A stretch of 56,623 bases of DNA from Acidobacteriaceae bacterium (GTDB lineage: Bacteria; Acidobacteriota; Terriglobia; Terriglobales; Acidobacteriaceae): assembly GCA_035713565.1 (NCBI GenBank), contig DASSZI010000045.1, forward strand, positions 1-56,623, read 5' to 3'. The position numbers and the translations under genes were made by a program. Under the pieces are notes generated by a model that saw only the letters and a list, made by a program, of their open reading frames with translations, made no database searches and was not told where the DNA came from. Numbering within the stretch: the stretch's first letter is position 1; the number at the start of each line of letters is the position of its first letter. Below are positions 49,263 to 56,623 of the stretch, in pieces.

Positions 49263-50183
49263 TTAGCTGCGCTCCACCTGGAAAACGAACGGATCCCCGT
49301 GTTCCTTGGCCATGGATTCCACTACTTTGAGAAAGGCGACCGCGGCGTGCGACAGGGCTGCCTGGCGGCGATGTACCAGACGAAGCCGGTGCTCCAGTAC
49401 GAGCTCCGGCACGGTGACCTGGATCAGTTCGCCGCGCTCCATCTCCGGTCGCGCCGTCAATCCTGGCAGCAGGGCGACACCGTTCCCCATGGCGACAAAC
49501 CGTTTGATGGCTTCCAGGCTAGGGAGTTCCACGCCCATGTTGAGCGGAGTGCGATGGCGGCGAAAAGTCTGCACAACTTTATGGCGGAGTGGAGATGGAA
49601 TATTATGAGCGATAAAATTTTCTGCTCCCAAGTCGCGGATGGAAACCTTTCCGGTGCGCGCCAATGCATGACGGGGATGCACGGCTAAGACCAATTCGTC
49701 CCGGTAGACGACGATAGAGCGAATCTGGGGGTCATCCGGACGATAGGAGATGATGCCGAATTCCACAGCATGCTGCATGAGTTCCTCCGTCATCCGGCTT
49801 GCGAGGGATCGTTGTACAGTCACTTTGATCTGGGGCGACAAACGCCGGAAAGCATGGAGTACAGGAAGTAGGTACAGGGACGTGTATTCGTTCGCTGCCA
49901 GGTGGAGCCTGCCCCGATGCAGCGAACGAAACTCCGATAACGCGGTTGCCGCCTCCCCGCGCAGATTGAGGAGCCGTTCGGCGTAGGCGCGTAAAACCTC
50001 GCCTGCTGCCGTTAAGGTCGCGTTGCGAGCGGCACGTTCGAACAGTACCTCTTCCACTTCTTGCTCCAGTTTGCGGATGACCTGACTGATGGCGGGTTGG
50101 GTGCGATGCAACCGTAGGGCCGCACGGGAAAAGCTACGCTCCTCCGCCACAGCCATAAACGTTTCCAGTTGAAAAAGGTCCAT
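49263..50183 (-). CDS. LysR family transcriptional regulator
   Basis: MDLFQLETFMAVAEERSFSRAALRLHRTQPAISQVIRKLE is the wHTH. A LysR substrate-binding domain follows. The gene is divergent from leuA. Confidence 0.92.
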   Translation of the reverse strand: MDLFQLETFMAVAEERSFSRAALRLHRTQPAISQVIRKLEQEVEEVLFERAARNATLTAAGEVLRAYAERLLNLRGEAATALSEFRSLHRGRLHLAANEYTSLYLLPVLHAFRRLSPQIKVTVQRSLASRMTEELMQHAVEFGIISYRPDDPQIRSIVVYRDELVLAVHPRHALARTGKVSIRDLGAENFIAHNIPSPLRHKVVQTFRRHRTPLNMGVELPSLEAIKRFVAMGNGVALLPGLTARPEMERGELIQVTVPELVLEHRLRLVHRRQAALSHAAVAFLKVVESMAKEHGDPFVFQVERS

Positions 50184-50215
50184 GCCTGTTTACTCCCCGC
50201 CTCCCGTGAGTCTGT

Positions 50216-50234
50216 CTATAAGTAATTCTAATAG
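50216..50234. promoter_or_regulatory. LysR-type T-N11-A box (CTAT-N11-ATAG)
   Basis: CTATAAGTAATTCTAATAG has perfect dyad arms. It lies in the 157-nt divergent lysR/leuA intergenic region, 33-51 nt from the lysR start and ~107 nt from the leuA ATG. Confidence 0.45.
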
Positions 50235-50340
50235 GCGCGATAGTCCACATTAAACTTTCTTATGCTAGCTTTGACATATGGATAGTTTCGCAGAGCCTGC
50301 TTTCGCAGGCGGGAGCAATATCCAAGACGAGGCGAACGGA

Positions 50341-51549
50341 ATGGATCGAGAGCAAGTCCTTTTCTTCGACACCACACTGCGCGACGGAGAACAGTCACCG
50401 GGCTGCAGTATGTATATGGCGGAAAAACTGCGGATGGCACGTCAACTCGAGTCTCTTGGAGTTGATGTCATTGAAGCTGGCTTTGCCGTCGCTTCCGACG
50501 GCGATTTTGCCGCCGTCGAGCAGATTGCACGCAGCGTTCGCGGTCCGCGAATTGCCTCACTGGCCCGAGCCAAGGAAGAAGACATTACCACGGCGGCGCG
50601 CGCCCTGGAGCACGCCGAGCGTTCCCGCATCCACATTTTTCTCGCAAGCTCGGACATTCACCTGCAATACAAATTAAAGATCAGCCGGCAACAGGCGCTC
50701 GATCAGGCTGGTGAATCGGTTCGCCTGGCGCGCTCCTATATGGAGGATGTGGAGTTTTCGCCCGAGGACGCAACGCGTACCGATCCGGAATTTCTCTGCG
50801 CGATGGTGCAGGCCGCGGTGGACGCGGGAGCGACTGTCATCAACCTGCCCGATACTGTGGGTTACACCGTTCCCAATGAGTATGCCGGAATGTTCCGGCG
50901 CATCCGGGAGACGGTGCAGGGAATCGAAAATGTGATGCTCTCATGCCATTGCCACGATGATCTGGGAATGGCTGTTGCCAACAGTCTGGCGGCACTCCAG
51001 GCAGGCGCTCGCCAGGTGGAATGCACGATCAACGGAATCGGCGAGCGCGCCGGGAATGCTGCGCTGGAAGAAATCGCTGCCGCGATTTATGTGCGGCAGG
51101 ATCAGCTTTCCTATCGGCACGGACTCAAGCTCGAACAGATCTATGCGACCAGCCAAATGCTGACGCAAATCATCAGCTTTAAACCTTCTCCCAACAAAGC
51201 CATCGTAGGCAGCAATGCCTTTTCGCATGAGGCTGGAATTCATCAGCACGGTGTCCTATCGAATCCGCTGTGCTATGAAATCATGACCCCTGGACTTGTG
51301 GGAGTTCCGGCAAATTGCATGGTGCTTGGTAAGCACTCCGGACGTCATGCTCTGGGACACCGGCTGGGCGAACTTGGGCTGGTGCTGAATCGTGAGGAAT
51401 TGGATGTGGCGTACGTCCGCTTCATCGAAATTGCCGACCGGAAGAAAGCAGTTTACGACCAGGATCTGATTGCCCTTGTCCACGGTTACGTTCGGCAGGT
51501 GCCTAATCTACAAGTATCGGGAGTGACGTCCGCTTCTCCGCAGTCCTGA
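50341..51549 (+). CDS. leuA: 2-isopropylmalate synthase-like protein, short form lacking the C-terminal regulatory (LeuA_dimer) domain
   Basis: FFDTTLRDGEQSPG...EAGFAVAS...INLPDTVGY...HCHDDLGMAVANSLAA...ECTINGIGERAGNAALEE...AFSHEAGIHQHG matches the catalytic region. The protein is 402 aa and ends shortly after ...KKAVYDQDLIALV. Only 47 nt separate it from leuB. Confidence 0.8.
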   Translation: MDREQVLFFDTTLRDGEQSPGCSMYMAEKLRMARQLESLGVDVIEAGFAVASDGDFAAVEQIARSVRGPRIASLARAKEEDITTAARALEHAERSRIHIFLASSDIHLQYKLKISRQQALDQAGESVRLARSYMEDVEFSPEDATRTDPEFLCAMVQAAVDAGATVINLPDTVGYTVPNEYAGMFRRIRETVQGIENVMLSCHCHDDLGMAVANSLAALQAGARQVECTINGIGERAGNAALEEIAAAIYVRQDQLSYRHGLKLEQIYATSQMLTQIISFKPSPNKAIVGSNAFSHEAGIHQHGVLSNPLCYEIMTPGLVGVPANCMVLGKHSGRHALGHRLGELGLVLNREELDVAYVRFIEIADRKKAVYDQDLIALVHGYVRQVPNLQVSGVTSASPQS

Positions 51550-51596
51550 GTCATCACTGGCTTCCACGCCGCTACACGATCTGGAGATAAGAAGAA

Positions 51597-52706
51597 ATGA
51601 AGATGAAAATAACTTTGCTTGCCGGCGATGGGATCGGGCCGGAAGTCACACGTGAAGCAAAGCACGTGCTGGAATCAGTCGGACAGTTGAATGGGCACTC
51701 GTTCGAATTTGTTGAAATGCCGATTGGCGGGGTTGCCATCCGTCAGCATGGATCCCCTTTGCCTGCGCAGACGCTGGACGCAGCGCTAGACAGCGATGCT
51801 GTACTGCTTGGAGCTGTCGGTGGCAATGAGTTCAATTCTTTGCCTCCTGATAAGCGGCCGGAGGCGGGTCTGCTGCAGTTGCGTCAGGCTCTCGGTGGCT
51901 ATGCCAACCTGCGTCCGTCAGTAGCTTATCCCTCGCTCAGTGACACTTCTCCGCTTCGGCCGGAAGTGACGAACGGGGCAGACATACTTTTTGTTCGCGA
52001 GTTGCTAGGCGGCCTTTACTTCGCTCATCCACGCTTGTGGGACCGCGAAGGCGGCGTTGGCCTGAACACCATGCGATATACACGGGATGAAGTCGTGCGT
52101 GTGGCTAGGATCGCCTTCCAACTGGCCCAAAAGCGGCGCAAAAAAGTTACCTCTGTCGATAAAGCAAACGTTCTGGAGGTGTCGCAGTTGTGGCGCTCTA
52201 CGGTAACGGAAGTGGCCGCGCAGTACCCCGACGTGACGCTTGATCATCAGTATGTTGATGCTTGCGCGATGCATTTGATGAACACGCCAAGGAAGTTCGA
52301 TGTGGTTCTTACCGAAAACCTTTTCGGCGATATTTTGTCGGATGAAGCAGCGGTCATTACGGGCTCCCTCGGGATGTTGCCATCGGCGACTATAGGAGGC
52401 AATGTCAATCTGTACGAGCCGGTGCACGGCTCCGCGCCCGATATTGCAGGTACCGGAAAGGCAAATCCGCTGGGTGCGATCCTGACTGCGGCCATGCTGC
52501 TGCGCCACAGCGCCAATCTTGAGCAGGACGCCGTTGCGGTAGAAACTGCAGTGGAGCGCGTGTTGGCGCGTGGCTTGCGCACGGCAGATCTTGCCCGCAG
52601 TCATGGGCTGAACCAGCAAATCGTGACGACGCGCGAAATGGGAAGGGCTGTATTCGAGGAACTTAACGAAATAATTGACCGTAGACAGGCTCTGCATGCC
52701 GTCTGA
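51597..52706 (+). CDS. leuB: 3-isopropylmalate dehydrogenase
   Basis: [14 protein letters not shown]...LLGAVGG...[13 protein letters not shown]...[10 protein letters not shown]...SVDKANVL...[24 protein letters not shown]...[13 protein letters not shown] matches LeuB. Confidence 0.95.
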   Translation: MKMKITLLAGDGIGPEVTREAKHVLESVGQLNGHSFEFVEMPIGGVAIRQHGSPLPAQTLDAALDSDAVLLGAVGGNEFNSLPPDKRPEAGLLQLRQALGGYANLRPSVAYPSLSDTSPLRPEVTNGADILFVRELLGGLYFAHPRLWDREGGVGLNTMRYTRDEVVRVARIAFQLAQKRRKKVTSVDKANVLEVSQLWRSTVTEVAAQYPDVTLDHQYVDACAMHLMNTPRKFDVVLTENLFGDILSDEAAVITGSLGMLPSATIGGNVNLYEPVHGSAPDIAGTGKANPLGAILTAAMLLRHSANLEQDAVAVETAVERVLARGLRTADLARSHGLNQQIVTTREMGRAVFEELNEIIDRRQALHAV

Positions 52707-52774
52707 TTCAATCCTGCTTCTCTCTTGTGTGAACACTCCGCTGTTCGACAATTGGCAAAGATTATTCAATAAAT

Positions 52775-54202
52775 ATGGCAAATAACAAAAAGACACTTTT
52801 TGAAAAAATCTGGGATGCGCACGTGGTGGCCGCACCACAAGACGAGCCATCCCTGGTCTACATCGATCTGCATCTGGTGCATGAGGTTACGTCTCCGCAG
52901 GCCTTTGAAGGACTGCGAATGGCGGGTCGTCAGGTTCGCCGCGCGGATCGTACGCTGGCGACGATCGATCACAATGTTCCGACTTTGGCCAAAGATCGAC
53001 TCTTTATCCAGGATGATATCGCCGCAAAGCAGATCGACACGTTGCGGCGCAATTGCAAGGATTTCGGCGTTCAACTTTACGATATCGATTCGCCACAACA
53101 GGGAATCGTTCACATCATCGGACCTGAGCTGGGATTTACCAAGCCGGGTATGACGATCGTTTGTGGAGACAGCCATACTAGCACTCATGGTGCTTTCGGC
53201 GCTCTGGCGTTCGGCATCGGCACCAGCGAAGTGGAGCACGTGCTGGCAACCCAATGTCTACCCCAGTCCAAGCCGAAAACCTTCCGCATTCTGATAGAAG
53301 GCGATTTGCCGGTTGCGGTGACAGCCAAGGACATTGCGCTCGGCATCATAGGCCGGATCGGTACGGATGGGGCAACGGGCTTCGTCCTCGAGTACGCAGG
53401 ATCGGCGATCCGTTCGCTTTCAATGGAAGGCCGCATGACGCTCTGCAATATGAGTATTGAATCGGGAGCTCGCGCCGGTATGATCGCGCCGGATGAGACA
53501 ACGTTCGCTTATCTGAAAGGCCGCCCCGAGTCACCGGAAGGCGATGCCTGGGACGAAGCTGTCGCGCACTGGAGCACATTGCCAACAGACCCCGGCGCAG
53601 AGTTTGACCGGGAGCTTGTGATATCCGCCGAAGATCTGACGCCCTACGTCACGTGGGGGACGCATCCTGGCATGGTCGTTTCGGTGACCGGCTCGGTGCC
53701 CGATCCAGAGGCCGCGCCGTCGGACTCTGAACGCCGCGCTTATCGGCGCGCTCTGGAATACATGGCGCTGACACCGGGAATGAAGATGGAATCGGTTCCG
53801 ATCGATCGTGTCTTCATCGGTTCCTGCACCAATGCGCGCATTGAAGATCTTCGAGCGGCGGCCAAAGTGGTCAGCGGTCATAAGGTGCATACAAAAGTGC
53901 GTGCCATGGTGGTACCCGGCTCGCAGCGGGTCAAGTCCGAAGCGGAGAGTGAAGGTCTGGACCAGATCTTTCGTGCCGCTGGTTTCGAATGGCGAGAACC
54001 AGGCTGCTCCATGTGCCTGGCGATGAATCCCGATGTTCTTGAGCCCGGCGAGCGCTGCGCTTCCACCAGCAACCGTAACTTCGAAGGCAGGCAGGGACGC
54101 GGCGGGCGTACCCATCTGGTGAGCCCCGCGATGGCTGCAGCGGCGGCTATCGCCGGCCACTTCACAGATGTCCGCCAATGGGAGTTTCGTTCAGGACTAT
54201 GA
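52775..54202 (+). CDS. leuC: 3-isopropylmalate dehydratase large subunit
   Basis: [13 protein letters not shown]...[14 protein letters not shown]...DHNVPT...[24 protein letters not shown]...[13 protein letters not shown]...PGCSMCL...[12 protein letters not shown] matches LeuC. Confidence 0.96.
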   Translation: MANNKKTLFEKIWDAHVVAAPQDEPSLVYIDLHLVHEVTSPQAFEGLRMAGRQVRRADRTLATIDHNVPTLAKDRLFIQDDIAAKQIDTLRRNCKDFGVQLYDIDSPQQGIVHIIGPELGFTKPGMTIVCGDSHTSTHGAFGALAFGIGTSEVEHVLATQCLPQSKPKTFRILIEGDLPVAVTAKDIALGIIGRIGTDGATGFVLEYAGSAIRSLSMEGRMTLCNMSIESGARAGMIAPDETTFAYLKGRPESPEGDAWDEAVAHWSTLPTDPGAEFDRELVISAEDLTPYVTWGTHPGMVVSVTGSVPDPEAAPSDSERRAYRRALEYMALTPGMKMESVPIDRVFIGSCTNARIEDLRAAAKVVSGHKVHTKVRAMVVPGSQRVKSEAESEGLDQIFRAAGFEWREPGCSMCLAMNPDVLEPGERCASTSNRNFEGRQGRGGRTHLVSPAMAAAAAIAGHFTDVRQWEFRSGL

Positions 54203-54837
54203 GACCATTTCGTACACTCACTTCCAAGGTCGCGCCGCTCGATGCCGTCAATGTCGACACCGACCAGATCATTCCCAAGCAGTTTCTCAAGCGCATCGAG
54301 CGCAGCGGCTATGGAGAATTCCTTTTCTTTGACTGGCGAAAGAATGCAGATGGGACTCCGAACCCCAGCTTTTCGCTGAACCAGCCGCAATATCAGGGGG
54401 CAGAGATCTTGGTCGCGGGACGCAATTTCGGATGCGGCTCTTCCCGCGAGCATGCGGCCTGGGCGCTGAGTGACTATGGTTTCCGTTGCGTCATCAGCTC
54501 CAGCTTCGCCGATATCTTCTTTTCGAACGCGGCGAAAAACGGCATCCTGCTGGTGGTTTTGCCGGAGGAAAAGATCGCCCAGTTATTGGAACGTGCGAAG
54601 AAGCCGGGATATACGTTAACTGTTTCTCTGGAATCGCAGACAGTGCAGGATGATGAAGGTTTCCAGGAATCTTTCACCATTGATGCTTTCCGCCGCTCCT
54701 GCTTGCTTGAGGGTCTGGACGACATTGGCTTAACGATGCGCCACAGGGATGCGCTCGCTAACTACGAGCGTCAGCACGACAAAGACTTCTGGTACGCACC
54801 TCGCCCCCACACAAATCGACAGGAGTCACGAGCATGA
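54199..54837 (+). CDS. leuD: 3-isopropylmalate dehydratase small subunit
   Basis: [31 protein letters not shown]...[17 protein letters not shown]...G matches LeuD. There is an ATGA start/stop overlap with leuC. Confidence 0.93.
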   Translation: MRPFRTLTSKVAPLDAVNVDTDQIIPKQFLKRIERSGYGEFLFFDWRKNADGTPNPSFSLNQPQYQGAEILVAGRNFGCGSSREHAAWALSDYGFRCVISSSFADIFFSNAAKNGILLVVLPEEKIAQLLERAKKPGYTLTVSLESQTVQDDEGFQESFTIDAFRRSCLLEGLDDIGLTMRHRDALANYERQHDKDFWYAPRPHTNRQESRA

Positions 54838-56522
54838 GCAGCAACGGCAATCGCAACCCCAAGCAGAACAGTATTGCTCTTACTGAAGGACCCAGCCGTG
54901 CGGGTGCGCGAGCCATGTTCCATTCAGTTGGATTTTCACGAGAAGACCTGGCCAAGCCCATCATTGGAATCGCAAATACATGGACGGAAATCGGACCTTG
55001 TAATTTCCACTTGCGTATCCTGGCAGAGGCCGTCAAACAGGGCATTCGTGATGCCGGTGGAACGCCACTGGAGTTCAACACGGTAACGATCTCCGACGGC
55101 ATCACGATGGGAACGCAAGGAATGAAAGCCTCGCTGGTCAGCCGCGAGGTGATTGCGGATTCCGTGGAACTCGTGGCACGCGGCAATCTCTTTGACGGGC
55201 TAATTGCAATCGCGGGCTGTGATAAAAACATGCCCGGCACGGTCATGGCGCTGGCACGTCTCGACATTCCGTCGCTGATGCTCTATGGCGGCTCTATTGC
55301 ACCGGGTCACCTCAATGGGAGAACCCTCACGATCCAAGATGTATACGAGGCACAGGGCTCCTTTGCGGCGGGCAAGATCGATGCTGCGGAGCTTGAAGCA
55401 GTCGAGACCAGCGCCTGCCCAGGGGCTGGCGCATGCGGGGGGCAGTTCACAGCGAACACCATGGCAATGGCATGTGAATTTCTTGGCATTTCGCCCATGA
55501 ATCTTTCCGGTATTCCTGCGCTCTCCCCAGAAAAAACCAAAGCCTGCCGAACGGCCGGTGCGCTTGTGCTTGAACTTGCGAAGCGCGACCTGCGCCCATC
55601 CAAGATCATTACGCGCACAGCCTTGGAGAATGCTATAGCCAGTGTCGCTGCGTCGGGTGGGTCTACCAATTCGGTGCTGCACCTGATCGCGATTGCGCAC
55701 GAGGCTGGGATTGATCTTTCCGTCGATGACTTCGATCGCATCAGCCGCAAGACTCCGCTGCTGTGCGACTTGAAGCCGGGCGGACGTTTTGTCGCGACCG
55801 ATTACCAGGAGGCAGGAGGCAGCCGGCTACTCGCGCAGCGCCTGCTCGCCGAAAAGTTGATTGATGGCACTGCGCTGAACGTCTCCGGTCGAACACTTGC
55901 GGAGGAAGCTGCGCTGGCCGAGGAAAAACCGGGCCAGCAGGTCATCCACACGACAGGCAAACCATTAAAGGCGACAGGTGGACTGGTTATTTTGAAAGGT
56001 AACGTCGCGCCGGAAGGTTGTGTGATCAAGGTCGCGGGGCATGAGCGCTTGCACCATCGTGGACCTGCGCGCGTCTTCGATAACGAAGAATCATGTTTCG
56101 CCGCACTGCGTGCAGGACAATTAAAGCCGAACGATGTTGTGGTGATTCGCTATGAAGGACCAAAAGGCGGCCCAGGCATGAGAGAGATGCTGCAGGTCAC
56201 AGCGGCCATTGCAGGCATCGCGGAATTGAGTGACACGGTTGCGCTGCTGACGGACGGGCGTTTTTCGGGGGCAACGCGTGGACTTATGGCGGGTCACGTT
56301 TCTCCTGAAGCTGCAATGGGCGGTCCTATAGCGGCGGTGCAAGACGGCGACATCATCGTGTTCGATATTCCGAAACGCGAATTACGCGTGGAATTGAGCG
56401 ACGCGGAAATTGCCGAGCGCATGAAGAAATGGAAGGTGCCTGCGCCGCATTTTGAACGCGGCGTTTTCCGGAAATATGCCGGCAGCGTTTCTTCTGCCTC
56501 GCGGGGCGCGGTCACCAACTAA
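54834..56522 (+). CDS. ilvD: Dihydroxy-acid dehydratase
   Basis: GPSRAGARAMF...KPIIGIANTW...CNFHL...ISDGITMGT...GCDKNMPG...YGGSI...CPGAGACGGQFTANTM...LLTDGRFSGAT matches IlvD. There is an ATGA overlap with leuD. Confidence 0.96.
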   Translation: MSSNGNRNPKQNSIALTEGPSRAGARAMFHSVGFSREDLAKPIIGIANTWTEIGPCNFHLRILAEAVKQGIRDAGGTPLEFNTVTISDGITMGTQGMKASLVSREVIADSVELVARGNLFDGLIAIAGCDKNMPGTVMALARLDIPSLMLYGGSIAPGHLNGRTLTIQDVYEAQGSFAAGKIDAAELEAVETSACPGAGACGGQFTANTMAMACEFLGISPMNLSGIPALSPEKTKACRTAGALVLELAKRDLRPSKIITRTALENAIASVAASGGSTNSVLHLIAIAHEAGIDLSVDDFDRISRKTPLLCDLKPGGRFVATDYQEAGGSRLLAQRLLAEKLIDGTALNVSGRTLAEEAALAEEKPGQQVIHTTGKPLKATGGLVILKGNVAPEGCVIKVAGHERLHHRGPARVFDNEESCFAALRAGQLKPNDVVVIRYEGPKGGPGMREMLQVTAAIAGIAELSDTVALLTDGRFSGATRGLMAGHVSPEAAMGGPIAAVQDGDIIVFDIPKRELRVELSDAEIAERMKKWKVPAPHFERGVFRKYAGSVSSASRGAVTN

Positions 56523-56538
56523 CGATGGAGCGAATTGC

Positions 56539-56623
56539 ATGAGCAACTCCGGCAATCCCAGGTCTTCAGACCCTGCAATTAGCAGCCAGCCCACGCGGTT
56601 GACAGGTGCGGAAACGCTCTGGG
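56539..56623 (+). CDS. 5' end of a CDS running off the window, possibly acetolactate synthase large subunit
   Basis: The ATG at 56539 has GGAG 9 nt upstream. The translation is MSNSGNPRSSDPAISSQPTRLTGAETLW. The LTGAE motif and the position after ilvD suggest ilvB, but only 28 codons are visible. Confidence 0.4.
   Translation, partial: MSNSGNPRSSDPAISSQPTRLTGAETLW

Noticed and set aside
50341-54837. Reading the short LeuA-like, LeuB-like and LeuCD-like genes as an alpha-aminoadipate lysine pathway (homocitrate synthase, homoaconitase, homoisocitrate dehydrogenase).
   Set aside because: LeuC (475 aa) and LeuD (212 aa) are the large bacterial isopropylmalate-isomerase type, not the short LysT/LysU type. 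The operon continues into ilvD and a probable ilvB. No lysW, lysX, lysY, lysZ or lysJ-like genes are present.

Overview
This 56.6 kb window looks like ordinary chromosomal DNA from an Acidobacteriota-like (Terriglobia-type) bacterium. That taxonomic guess is an inference from gene content: a ~1160-aa carboxypeptidase-regulatory-domain TonB-dependent receptor, Tat-exported Gfo/Idh/MocA and DUF1680/GH127-like enzymes, and DUF4397, DUF1844 and DUF2059 proteins. I can support 43 intact CDSs, one 3'-truncated CDS start at the right edge, one frameshifted and truncated pseudogene at the left edge, and one tRNA-Ser(GCU). I also list a few hairpins and operator-like sites. Coding density is high, and I saw no rRNA, CRISPR array, transposase, integrase, phage genes or obvious repeat family.

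Main blocks:
- 0.6-9 kb: a putative glycan-uptake neighbourhood.
- 9.3-21.9 kb: assorted transport, signalling and secreted proteins.
- 22.8-26.6 kb: a ygfZ-DUF1844-MBL-ribF operon.
- 28.4-37 kb: mtnP, a PfkB kinase, eno and gpmI, interleaved with membrane and secreted proteins.
- 37.7-43.6 kb: three large uncharacterised polytopic membrane proteins, two of them tandem paralogs.
- 43.7-49 kb: purH, a rhomboid protease and fabG.
- 49.3-56.6 kb: a LysR-flanked leuA(short)-leuB-leuC-leuD-ilvD-(ilvB?) operon.

I did not find a clear multi-gene novel system such as a defence island. The most interesting single observation is an orphan histidine kinase (17384-18754). Its membrane domain matches the plant ETR1 ethylene-binding domain, including the Cu(I)-ligand Cys and His at identical spacing. 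Next is the tandem pair of ~700-aa GT-C-like membrane proteins with strongly conserved loop motifs. All functional calls come from reading the supplied translations and recalling family motifs; no database search was run.
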